Shown here piece by piece: positions 9,569-19,060 of a DNA stretch of 64,000 nt. The notes beneath the pieces are model-generated. The model was not told where the DNA came from. It saw nothing but the letters and a program-made list of their open reading frames with translations, and searched no databases. Numbering within the stretch: position 1 is the stretch's first letter; each line of letters begins with the position of its first letter. Where the stretch lies: contig CAWGPQ010000005.1 in assembly GCA_963824495.1 (NCBI GenBank), positions 32,001 to 96,000 of the forward strand. Direction: 5' to 3'. This DNA is from an uncultured bacterium (GTDB taxonomy: Bacteria; Babelota; Babeliae; Babelales; Babelaceae). A program made the position numbers and the translations under genes.

Positions 9569-11290
9569 ATGCATATTTTATTAAAGATGATTAGTGTACT
9601 TCTGTTTTCATGCAAACTTTTTTCGATGGATAAGGCGAATCTTGATGACCCACAGGTACTGCTTTCAAAGTTATCGCTACGTCAAAAAATTGCACAGCTT
9701 TGTGTGGTAGCAGCAGTATCAAACGAAGAGAAACATGAAGATCTTTTAAAGCGATGGCAGGAATGGCAACACTTTATTGCTTAAAGACAAGCTATGTGAA
9801 AAAGCTCATAGAAGAGCATAATGTAGGTGGAGTTATTTTTTATGGTAGAAATACCTTGCCGGATGAGCAACAATCACTTACTAAAGAGTTTCAAACAGCA
9901 AGTCCTATTCCACTTATCATTGCTATGGATGCTGAAAGTAGTCTTGATGGTTGGCTTAAAGATGGTACGGTAATACAATATCCTCGTAGCGTGACCATTG
10001 GGGCTGCTGCCGATCCTCAGCTTGCTTATGCCATAGCTCATGAAATTGGTACCCAGCTTATATCTCTGGGCGTGAACATGAATTTTGCACCAGTGGTTGA
10101 TGTTAATTGCAATGATGATAATCCTGTTATCGGTTGTCGGTCATTTGGTTCAGATCCAGGTTTGGTTAGTAGTATGAGTATAGCAGTTGCACAGGGTTTG
10201 CAGGATGCCGGAGTAATCGCCTGCGCAAAGCACTTTCCCGGTCACGGTGACACTAATCTTGATTCACATGTTAGAACTTCCGCTTATCTCTCATAATCGT
10301 GAGCGCCTTAATAACGTTGAACTTTTGCCTTTTTGTGCATTAATTAAGGCTGGTGTTAAGTCGATAATGATAGCACATCTAGAGGTTCCTTCGCTTGAAG
10401 CCAAAAAGGGGTTACCATCATCTCTTTCGCACGGTATTATTACTAAGTTATTACGAGAGAAAATGCAGTTCGATGGATTAATAATTACCGATGCACTAGG
10501 TATGAAAGCTACTGCTGATTATGCTCCACCTGGTGAACTTGAAGTTCAAGCACCGGAAGCTGGCGTTGATATTTTGCTATGCCCCGTTGATCCTGTAAAA
10601 GCGATAGAGTCTGTCGAGAATGCAGTCAAGCAAGGGCGTCTGCAGGAAGAAGAGATTGATAAAAAAGTTCTCAAAGTACTGTTGGCCAAACAATGAATCT
10701 CTTGGAATGCAAAAATAAGCAAAGAGGAGCTCAGTCAAATACTATTGTCTGATAAAGCCAAAGAGCTTAAAAAAAGAGTATATGAAAGAGCCGTAACTCT
10801 TGTAGCAATGTCAGATGATTGTTTTACAACAAGTATATCTAAAAAAACATGCATTATAGCTCTATCTAATTATCCAACGCAAATGGCTAGACGTGAATTA
10901 TTTATTCCATATATTCGCTTACCGTATAATATTGGGCAAGATGAAATAGCAACTATAGCAGAATGCCTTGATGCCGATCATGTGGTTATAGGCATCCATA
11001 ATCCCCACTGGTGGAAGTATGCCGATCACGAAGTTCCAGCTGGCTCGATATCTTTAGTAACTCGATTGAAAGAATTAAAGAAAAAAGTTACCATAGTGCT
11101 TTTCGGTTCTCCCTATAGCATAAAGCACTTCAAGAATGCTAATGCAATTATTTTAGGATACGAAGACAATAATGATGTTCAGCAGGTGGTGTTAGATATT
11201 ATTACTGGCATGCAAAAAGCCCAAGGTGCTATACCGGTAAAGATTGCGTTGTCCCAAAGCTACTTTCTAATTTTATGGGCTTGTATTTAA
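9569..11290 (+). pseudogene. Glycoside hydrolase family 3 beta-N-acetylhexosaminidase (NagZ-like) with signal peptide, fragmented
   Basis: Four ORF pieces: LSLRQKIAQL; NFAPVVDVN, RSFG, KHFPGHGDTNLDSH; MIAH, ITDALGM; C-terminal FGSPY domain. Two frameshifts plus an in-frame TGA at 10694-10696. Confidence 0.85.
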
Positions 11291-11321
11291 TATGTATACG
11301 TACTATACTTATACATATTAA
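11287..11321. promoter_or_regulatory. Palindromic putative operator upstream of VOC and MarR genes
   Basis: Perfect 12-bp IR TTAATATGTATA-N11-TATACATATTAA enclosing a TATACT -10-like hexamer, 20 bp before ATG 11341. Confidence 0.5.
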
Positions 11322-11340
11322 TTTTTTAACCGGAGGCCCT

Positions 11341-11712
11341 ATGTTTGAACCAAAATTAGGTTTTGTTCTTTTGTTTGTTAAAAACCCTGTAGAAAGTACT
11401 GCTTTCTATAATCGTATTTTTAATATTAAACCACTAGAACAATCAGCTACCTTTGCTTTGTTTGCGCTCTCAAATCATGTAATGCTAGGTTTTTGGTCAC
11501 GCAAAACTGCTGAACCACGTGTTAGCGCAGAGGCCGGTGGATGCGAAATTGCTTTTAGTGAAGATAACGTTGATGCGTTATATGACCAGTGGCTGAGGCT
11601 TGGTGTACCCATGGCTCAGGTGCCTACGCATATGAGTTTTGGACGCACTTTTGTTGCTTTAGATCCTGATGGACACAGGATAAGAATCTACGAAACTCGA
11701 GAAGAGACCTAA
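11341..11712 (+). CDS. VOC/glyoxalase family protein (drug-binding type)
   Basis: LLFVKNPVESTAFY ... MSFGRTFVALDPDGHRIRI; GGAGG RBS. Confidence 0.85.
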   Translation: MFEPKLGFVLLFVKNPVESTAFYNRIFNIKPLEQSATFALFALSNHVMLGFWSRKTAEPRVSAEAGGCEIAFSEDNVDALYDQWLRLGVPMAQVPTHMSFGRTFVALDPDGHRIRIYETREET

Positions 11713-11887
11713 GATTTATCTAAATCTGTCTCGGTCTTATAGTGCGTATTGTTGCAATGGGAGGCCAATATTGCTATTGGCCCATTACCAGATACACTAT
11801 TCATGTATGGCTAACCTGCATTGCTGGTTGCGCACAATTTTAGCATAACGCCTATAGCATTGCATCAAGTAATTGGGGATATTGCAC

Positions 11888-12373
11888 ATGAATACTATCG
11901 ATTTTGACAAACTAAGCTCTTATCCAACCCCGGAGGAGAGCCCCGGTTTTTTGTTATGGTGCGTTAGTACACGATGGCGGAGCGCAATTGAAGATGTTTT
12001 AAAGCCATTAGATCTTACCCATCCTCAATTTGTTATTCTTGCAACCACCGCTTGGTTGATTCGAGAAAAAGGACAGATGAGTCAAGTAGAAATTGGTCGA
12101 CATGCAGGCTTAGATCCCAATACTACATCGCAAATATTACGTGGGCTTGAAGCAAAAAATCTTATTGAGCGAAGACGATCGCTCGATGAAAGAAGTAAAA
12201 ATCCAATACTCACTATTGAGGGAGCTCAAAGTTTAGCTCAAGCATTGCCTGCTGTAGAGCGTGCAGATGCACAATTTTTTGCATCGCTTACTCGTGAAGA
12301 ATCTTACGCTTTGGTAAATGTTTTTCAAAAATTGGTATTTAAAAAATGCGAATCCACTATAAAGCCCCTTTAA
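11888..12373 (+). CDS. MarR family transcriptional regulator
   Basis: SPGFLLW, LDLTHPQFVIL, TTSQILRGLEAKNLIER, DERSK. Confidence 0.9.
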   Translation: MNTIDFDKLSSYPTPEESPGFLLWCVSTRWRSAIEDVLKPLDLTHPQFVILATTAWLIREKGQMSQVEIGRHAGLDPNTTSQILRGLEAKNLIERRRSLDERSKNPILTIEGAQSLAQALPAVERADAQFFASLTREESYALVNVFQKLVFKKCESTIKPL

Positions 12374-12452
12374 GCAGTAACATTCAGGAAGCATATAATG
12401 CATTGGCACGTATAAAGAAGGCTTCCTGTTTTATACTATGTATAACGAAGCT

Positions 12453-12944
12453 CTACTCACGACGATATTCCTGTATAATATGCACAAATCTTCCTGCGGA
12501 AATGCCGGAAATGAGTCCTGAAGCAATCACATCGGTCATCAGCAAAAATGCGTTTGCTTGCATTTCAGGTGCTATAGCATAAGTAACATTAAGGCAGTAC
12601 TTAAGTATAAAAAATGACATAGACAACAAAAGTGGATACCAGCTTCCTGGAAGATAGACATGCATAGTACTTTTGTTGATTTTAATACCATGACGAAGTA
12701 CTGACCATCCAATCAAAATACCGACTGCCAGCGATAATAACCAGAGTCCGAGTATATAGGGAGAAAGGCTATACTTGCTATTGAGTGAGTAGAGTGACCA
12801 CGTGATAAAAATAATGGGCGTAATCATCAACCTCGATAGCGATACATCAGCTGGCTGTAATGACTTTATCCCTCGAACAATAAAGTAGGCAAGAAGTACA
12901 TATACCCACCATGGAGTATTAACTAAGATGTCTAAAAAGTTCAC
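12453..12944 (-). CDS. Hypothetical membrane protein
   Basis: TPWWVYVLL start, about 5 hydrophobic segments, LPGSW motif. Confidence 0.7.
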   Translation of the reverse strand: MNFLDILVNTPWWVYVLLAYFIVRGIKSLQPADVSLSRLMITPIIFITWSLYSLNSKYSLSPYILGLWLLSLAVGILIGWSVLRHGIKINKSTMHVYLPGSWYPLLLSMSFFILKYCLNVTYAIAPEMQANAFLLMTDVIASGLISGISAGRFVHIIQEYRRE

Positions 12945-13015
12945 AATAGCCTCTGGATAAGAGATAGGTATGTAGTTATCATGATGAGTATACGCTAAAA
13001 TGCGGTATTCAGCAA

Positions 13016-13642
13016 TTATCGCCTATCTTCTATGAAAAAATAGTTAAAGGCATAAGCAGCTAAAAAACCACCTAAGAATGCGCCACCTACATACATCGCT
13101 ACGTGTACATAATCAATATGCATTCTTTTAAGGATGCCAAATAATGTTGCACCAAGCGCTATGGCTGGATTAAATAGCCCGCCAGAAATAGGTCCTCCTA
13201 GTGCAGAAAGTGCCGGGATAGTAAAACCTATAGCAAGTCCAAATATAGTGCTCTCTTTAAATTTTTCTGCTGTTGCTGTCACCAAAACAACTAATGCCAG
13301 CACGAAAGCGAGAAGCACTTCAACAAAAAATGCCTGAAATAGCGTGACACCTGGACCGGGCGCTGGCATAGTTACATGACCATGAAGAAACGAGGTTATG
13401 ACAAAGGCAGCAAATCCCCCAAGAATTTGTGCAATCATGTAGCTTGGAAGCTCTTGCCAGTTTAATCGCCCACGTAACGCGGTGGCCAATGAAACCATAG
13501 GGTTATAATGACCGCCTGAAACATAGCCTCCTATATAAACCCACGCCATAAGCATAGCTGCTATTGCAAACGGATTGGCCGTCATTTCAATGGTAAGCAC
13601 AAAAAATAATGTGCCTATAAATTCCATTATTTGCTTTTTCAT
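13016..13642 (-). CDS. Aquaporin / MIP family channel
   Basis: EFIGT, SGGHYNPMVS and GGLFNPAIA loops; six hydrophobic segments. Confidence 0.92.
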   Translation of the reverse strand: MKKQIMEFIGTLFFVLTIEMTANPFAIAAMLMAWVYIGGYVSGGHYNPMVSLATALRGRLNWQELPSYMIAQILGGFAAFVITSFLHGHVTMPAPGPGVTLFQAFFVEVLLAFVLALVVLVTATAEKFKESTIFGLAIGFTIPALSALGGPISGGLFNPAIALGATLFGILKRMHIDYVHVAMYVGGAFLGGFLAAYAFNYFFIEDRR

Positions 13643-13778
13643 ATAAGCCTCTTAAATTTTTGTCACAAGAACGTACGTTGACGATATAGGGTGCATCAAA
13701 CATGTTACGTGAGCAGGTATACGAGAGAGCCTCCTGAACTAGGTCTGGGTCTCAATTCTGAAAAAAGAGTCTATATAC

Positions 13779-13985
13779 TTATTTCTTTTTTTTCCTGAGC
13801 AAAGGCAAACCTGTTAATTGACTTTCGATGACCTCATAACCAGCTGGTAATGCATTAATTGCGTTTTCGCCAATACGGCCTGCAAAATAATAAATTCTTT
13901 GCTTGCGGCCGCTGGCAAGTTGTACTTCTTTTGAGTGCAGATAATATGTTTTTCCACTTTTTTTCGATATAACAGTATAGGCCAT
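13779..13985 (-). CDS. Small basic hypothetical protein
   Basis: 68 aa, GAGGAG RBS, TYYLH...IYYFA...LPAGYEV...TGLPLL pattern. Confidence 0.7.
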   Translation of the reverse strand: MAYTVISKKSGKTYYLHSKEVQLASGRKQRIYYFAGRIGENAINALPAGYEVIESQLTGLPLLRKKKK

Positions 13986-14299
13986 GGTTATTAAACTCCT
14001 CTTGTAACATGGGATTCCTATTTAAAGCAAGAATACTGGGTTTTATGGTGAAAAATCTAGAGATTAGGCAAAAAACCTGCAAAACTTATGCATTTAGGCA
14101 TAAAAGTGATATATGCGCTACAGATTCTGGCAGTGGCAAAACTCTAAAGGGTAGGCACGTGACAAAATAGCACCACTAGAATAAGAAAATGTTCATATGG
14201 GCTCGTGGTAAAAACATGCTTCCTCTAGTACTATCAGTTTATTACTAAAAAGAAGCTTGATATTCAAGAGTCCTCAGCTTAAGGATTTAACCAGAGAGT

Positions 14300-14509
14300 G
14301 TGCTTATGGTAAATGACCGTTATGATAAGGCAGGTAACGTTTATATTCTTGTTGGGATAGCCCTGCTCGGTGCTACAGTTTTGTATTATTTCCCAGCCCT
14401 AGCTATGGGTACCTTGGGTTGGATACTCGTTAATATTGGCCTACGACGACAGGGCAAGCCTTCACTTGCGTATTACGTTAAAACCATCTTAAGGAATTTT
14501 ATGAGATAA
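14300..14509 (+). CDS. Small two-TM membrane protein
   Basis: Hydrophobic hairpin plus GLRRQGKPSL C-terminus; paralogous to the next gene. Confidence 0.55.
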   Translation: MLMVNDRYDKAGNVYILVGIALLGATVLYYFPALAMGTLGWILVNIGLRRQGKPSLAYYVKTILRNFMR

Positions 14510-14616
14510 TCTTGATCAAGAAATATGTTTGAAAAAATGAAAATATATTATAATATTATTAGAAATCATATTTAGCTACTTTAGCAGAACCTATAGTATA
14601 AAAAAGGGGAATTGAG

Positions 14617-14819
14617 ATGAATATTAAATTTATTTTTTGATGTTGATCACTTATACTCTTATTGGATATATCTTGAGTGGTGCTGGAGTTCTGTATTCTC
14701 TACCCGCGTTTGTATTGGGAATCTTGGCTGTGGTGGTGCTTGATGCAGGGCTACATAGAAAAGGTAAGCCGTCGCTTGAACAATATGTGAGAAGCTTTTT
14801 TAAGAAATTTACGAGATAA
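14617..14819 (+). CDS. Small two-TM membrane protein, paralog of 14300 (possible frameshift near the start)
   Basis: GLHRKGKPSL C-terminus. ATG 14617 with AAGGGG RBS is out of frame by one base in a T6 run; the ORF track starts at 14637. Confidence 0.5.
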
Positions 14820-15022
14820 TTTAAAGAGCTCTACCTAAAAATACAGTAGAGACTATCGCAAAGGGGGCCAGAGCAAGAGTCCAAAGCTTGTTATAAAAAA
14901 TTCCCGGTGTACGACGTTACAATCGGTAAACACGTTGCAAAGTCTCAGTAGAGCGCGATTTTTAGGACCATGCTCAGTTGGCGATTTGCCACGTATGCTC
15001 CCCCTGAATTGAATGCTTAAAC

Positions 15023-15463
15023 TTAAGATATTGTTGCTGCAAGTGAAGGAGTACCTACTGGGTCATACGACGTAGCAATCTCAATACTTCGGTCATGGCA
15101 AAATATAACGCCTTCAACAATTGGGGCTACAGCGCTCCCCAAGCCCGCAGTCAATACTATAGTAGCCACTTCAGCTGTATAGGCCCTTTGTACTTCTCCT
15201 CCGGCAAGTAGATGTACCACCTGACCATTAACCTCCACATCCGACAAGCAACATGCTCTTGGTCCAGTAAGTTTCTTTGTATCGCCGGGGGCAAGTTGTT
15301 GTACTGATGGCCAATGTTTGCTTGGACAAAGGGCCGAAGCAAGTTTAAGCCTAACATCTATAGGACTACTAGTATGGTTTGATACGCTCCAAGTGTAGCC
15401 CTTGCAATAAGAACCAAATCCTAAAAATATTACTACAAGTGACGTCAATATGCTTGTTTTCAT
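15023..15463 (-). CDS. Secreted Cys-containing hypothetical protein
   Basis: Signal peptide, YTWSVSNHT, CCLSDVEVNG; GAGGGAG RBS. Confidence 0.75.
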   Translation of the reverse strand: MKTSILTSLVVIFLGFGSYCKGYTWSVSNHTSSPIDVRLKLASALCPSKHWPSVQQLAPGDTKKLTGPRACCLSDVEVNGQVVHLLAGGEVQRAYTAEVATIVLTAGLGSAVAPIVEGVIFCHDRSIEIATSYDPVGTPSLAATIS

Positions 15464-15545
15464 ATAAGTTCTCCCTCTTAATAACTATAGTAATAGCTCC
15501 TTACGATCATCATTACATTTAAATTATAATATAATTATAATGAAA

Positions 15546-17135
15546 TTAGAGAGCTTTATCGAGGAAATAGAGCTTAACGCCAAACCAATGGCGTGAGGCA
15601 TAGACCGTTAAAGCAAAGATACCAGATAGGGGGCCCGCCCATAACCAGAACCCAAAACTTGCCATAAAAAATTCTTGGTGTCGGAGTGGTAGATACCTGC
15701 AAAGAGTGAATAGTATACGATAGATACCGTAAAATATTGTTCCAAGACTAAGAAGCTGTATGCTGTAACGGTAGATAAATTGGCCAAAAGCATGTATATA
15801 CATCTTAAAGTTAAACTTTTGGCGTAAAATACCGATAAATATAAACGCCTGTAACGCGCTGGCTAAGGCTGTTGCCATAACGAGACCGAGTGCTTTAAAA
15901 TGGCCTATGAGGAGAAAATTGAGTGCGATATTGCATGCTGTTGCAATAATAGAGACAAGCGTGGGAGTAAACGCATCATGAAGTGCATAGTACATGGTTA
16001 GTACTATTTTATTGAAAGAGAAGAAAAAAAGCCCCAGCAAAAAGGCAATTAAGAGGTGCTGTATCTCGTATGTTTGATCGATTGTGAGACTATGTGATGA
16101 ATAAAGTGTCGACAAAATTTGCGGCGAAAAGAAGCTTAAGATACTAGAAGCAGGCAACGTTGCCCATAAGATCATTTTGGTTGCTTCCAATAAATAATAG
16201 CTTAGGCGCTGTGGAGCATACGAGCTAGTGCGTGATATATGAGGTAAAAGTATCGTCGAAAACGCTGTGACAAAGATACCTAAGGGTATGCGCATAATAT
16301 TGGCAGCATAGGTCATTAGTGAGAGTGAACCTTCAGGCAAAAATGAGGCAAATTGTGCATCAATAAAAAGATTAATTTCGACAATCCCCATACTCAGAAT
16401 ACAGGGAATAAAACGTATAAGGAGATTTTTGGCATGGTGCCATGTTTCAGTATCAGGCCATAAAAATTTAAAATTGTAATACAGGTATGCTGCTATATGG
16501 GCTATTAACTGTAGTAAGCTACCCAGAACTATAAACAATGCTAAATATTCTACCGATAAATGATACTGCATGCAGATAATGAGTCCTGCGATAGTAGTAA
16601 TATTAATAAGAACTTGACCAAGAGCCGGTATAGAGAAGTGATTGAGTGCTTGCAAGGCTCCAGCAAATAAGGCACTGCTTGAGATAAAAAAAATAAAAAA
16701 GATTACTATGCGAAGCAAGCTGCTTGCCTGAGCAGTCTGCGCTAATGCATCCTGAAGGTGTGACCAGCCAGGAGCTATGCTGTGAATAACAAGTTCTGAT
16801 TTCCACCAGATGCAACAACATATCAACAATACGATGCTTTGCGTAAGCACGAGCATGAGACTGAGCAATTTACTGGCGGCATCGTTCCCTCCTTTGCGTA
16901 CGAGTGAAACGATTGACGGAACAAAAACAGCACTTAGTGCTCCTTCAGCAAAGATTTTACGCAATGAGTTAGGTATGCGGAAGGCTACAAAAAAAGCATC
17001 AGATAGAGCGCTTGCTCCAAAGTACCTAACCATTAACATATCACGAATAAGCCCGCTGCATTTGCTTACGAGTGTATAAGCCCCAAGCAGGAGTGTTTTC
17101 TTTAAAAAGCTACGGCTGGTTGATTTAATTGGCAT
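15546..17135 (-). CDS. murJ: Lipid II flippase MurJ (MviN)
   Basis: SDAFFVAFRIPNSLRKIFAEGALSAVFVP; many TM segments. Confidence 0.93.
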   Translation of the reverse strand: MPIKSTSRSFLKKTLLLGAYTLVSKCSGLIRDMLMVRYFGASALSDAFFVAFRIPNSLRKIFAEGALSAVFVPSIVSLVRKGGNDAASKLLSLMLVLTQSIVLLICCCIWWKSELVIHSIAPGWSHLQDALAQTAQASSLLRIVIFFIFFISSSALFAGALQALNHFSIPALGQVLINITTIAGLIICMQYHLSVEYLALFIVLGSLLQLIAHIAAYLYYNFKFLWPDTETWHHAKNLLIRFIPCILSMGIVEINLFIDAQFASFLPEGSLSLMTYAANIMRIPLGIFVTAFSTILLPHISRTSSYAPQRLSYYLLEATKMILWATLPASSILSFFSPQILSTLYSSHSLTIDQTYEIQHLLIAFLLGLFFFSFNKIVLTMYYALHDAFTPTLVSIIATACNIALNFLLIGHFKALGLVMATALASALQAFIFIGILRQKFNFKMYIHAFGQFIYRYSIQLLSLGTIFYGIYRILFTLCRYLPLRHQEFFMASFGFWLWAGPLSGIFALTVYASRHWFGVKLYFLDKAL

Positions 17136-17830
17136 GGGTAGGCCGAACGTGGTAGTTCATGAAGTATCCCGTCACGTAGCTCAAAAACAGTATGCATGAG
17201 TGACGCAAGGCTCATATCATGTGAACTAATAATAAGCCCTGTGTTATACTGTTCCTGGAATCTACAGAGCAGCTTGATGATATCTGCTTTATGTGCTTCG
17301 TCTAAATGTGCCGTAGGTTCATCTGCTAATAAAAATAGCGGTGGTATAAAAAGAGCACGAGCAAGCGCAACTCGCTGTTGCTCACCACCAGATAATGTTG
17401 AAGGTTTGTTCAATGCTTTATCTGTTAGGCTAACTGCTTCTAGAAGCTCGCGAGCTTTTTTATTACAATCCGCCCGCGGCATGCCGGCGATAAGTCCTTT
17501 GATCATCACATTTTCTTCTACCGATAATTCAGGTAATAGATGGGGCGTTTGAAAAACAAGCCCAAGAGATGTATGTAAAAAATTACGATGTTGTTCACGA
17601 GAATTATGGGCTAATGTACGCCCGTTACATACCACACTTCCTGTTGTTGGTTGCTCAAGCCCCGCAAGAATGGTAAGCAAGGTAGATTTGCCAGTACCTG
17701 ATGCGCCAACTAATGCATAGGTTAAGCCTTGAGTAAATTCAACAGTGATACCAGCTAGCACGGTAAGTGTGCTTGATCCCTGAGTAAACTCTTTGCTGAC
17801 GTTATGGAGACTAAGGGTGGCGATGCTCAT
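17102..17830 (-). CDS. lolD: ABC transporter ATP-binding protein, LolD-like
   Basis: GASGTGKST, LSGGEQQRVALARAL, LADEPT. Confidence 0.75.
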   Translation of the reverse strand: MSIATLSLHNVSKEFTQGSSTLTVLAGITVEFTQGLTYALVGASGTGKSTLLTILAGLEQPTTGSVVCNGRTLAHNSREQHRNFLHTSLGLVFQTPHLLPELSVEENVMIKGLIAGMPRADCNKKARELLEAVSLTDKALNKPSTLSGGEQQRVALARALFIPPLFLLADEPTAHLDEAHKADIIKLLCRFQEQYNTGLIISSHDMSLASLMHTVFELRDGILHELPRSAYPCQLNQPAVAF

Positions 17831-18543
17831 AGGGATTCCTGAATTACTGGATGGGCACGTGCTATCTGGGGAGAAAGCCTGATAAACTCTCGTACTTGAG
17901 TAAGTAACTGCTCTTGGAGCTCTTTATCGTGCTCGAATTCATAATTGACATCAAGTACAAGAACAGGTACGTGTTGAAGCTCTGGCATACTATCTCGCGT
18001 ATGTACGAGAAACTCTTCGTGACGCTCATGAATTTGTCGCAGATAATCAAGCGTTAGGGTGCTTTCAGCAGATCGGTTTCTTTTTTTAGTACGTTCAAGA
18101 GCTTGTTCTGGGTCGATTTTAAGGTAGATAAAACCTTGTGGAAGGGAAAGCTCACCCGAGACCAGCATGGTAAATATCGTCGTATAAAGCTCCCATTCTA
18201 AATCGGTCATATATCCGTTTATATAGCTGTTACGAGCAAAGCAATAATAACCAGAATATACCGAACGCTCAATAATGGTTGTTCGTTGGTGTATATAGTG
18301 CTTGTTGTTCTTGTGCTCATGAACGCGGGCTATAAGGGCAAACGTTTCCATCGAATAGGCCCATCGATTGGGGTCACGATAGAAGTTAGCCAAAAGCGAT
18401 TGGCCCTGCTGGTTTGATTGCCAGGTATGCACAGGTTCGGGTATACTGATAATTTCAGGAATAGACTGGCTTATAAGATTAAGAAAGGTCGATTTTCCTG
18501 CACCAATATTTCCTTCGATAATATACATAGCTTTTGTATACAT
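17827..18543 (-). CDS. Deoxynucleoside kinase
   Basis: IIEGNIGAGKST, IPEPV..W, IIERS, RNRSAE lid. Confidence 0.9.
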   Translation of the reverse strand: MYTKAMYIIEGNIGAGKSTFLNLISQSIPEIISIPEPVHTWQSNQQGQSLLANFYRDPNRWAYSMETFALIARVHEHKNNKHYIHQRTTIIERSVYSGYYCFARNSYINGYMTDLEWELYTTIFTMLVSGELSLPQGFIYLKIDPEQALERTKKRNRSAESTLTLDYLRQIHERHEEFLVHTRDSMPELQHVPVLVLDVNYEFEHDKELQEQLLTQVREFIRLSPQIARAHPVIQESL

Positions 18544-18636
18544 TCCTAATAATAAGCATTGTCTTGAAGCACATACCATACTATACTCTGAGTATACACT
18601 AATTCTTATCCTCTGCCCATAAACCAAGCATTCAGG

Positions 18637-19017
18637 ATGTTATTTGCTATGGAAATAAAAAAAATTGGTATATCATGGCTAAGTGCTTCAGATTTTGAGC
18701 ATTCAAAGAATTTCTTTACCCAGACGCTTGGCCTTGAAATAAGCTTGCTTGATCAAAAAAATGGCTGGCTTGAGTTACGGGGAAAAGAGGGTGGAAGCCC
18801 ACTGGGTATAGCTCAAGCTCAAAGTGATGACTCTAGAACCCAACCGGGTAAAAATGCCATCGTTACGTTACTTGTTGATGATATAGCTCAGGCGAAAAAT
18901 GGGCTAGAGTTGCGTGGTGTAAAATTTATAGGCGATATTCTCGAATTTGATTACGTAAAACTAGCATTCTTTACCGACCCCGATGGCAACTATCTACAAC
19001 TTATGCAGGAGCTATAA
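18637..19017 (+). CDS. VOC/glyoxalase family protein
   Basis: FFTQTLGL ... VDDI ... FFTDPDGNYLQL. Confidence 0.85.
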   Translation: MLFAMEIKKIGISWLSASDFEHSKNFFTQTLGLEISLLDQKNGWLELRGKEGGSPLGIAQAQSDDSRTQPGKNAIVTLLVDDIAQAKNGLELRGVKFIGDILEFDYVKLAFFTDPDGNYLQLMQEL

Positions 19018-19060
19018 GCTTTATACTGCTTGCCAAGAGCATAATGGCTTGTGGGTGCTG

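Noticed and set aside
10694..10696. TGA recoding (alternative genetic code)
   Set aside because: TGA ends intact genes here (e.g. 1162, 3541, 54768) and long conserved genes have no internal TGA; a single nonsense change or error is more likely.
11763..11782. 8-bp inverted repeat GGCCAATA-ttgc-TATTGGCC
   Set aside because: Real hairpin but no U tract or other support; function cannot be assigned.
14860..15005. tmRNA or tRNA suggested by the GGGGGC start
   Set aside because: No T-arm GTTC(G/A)A motif or CCA end, and too short for tmRNA.
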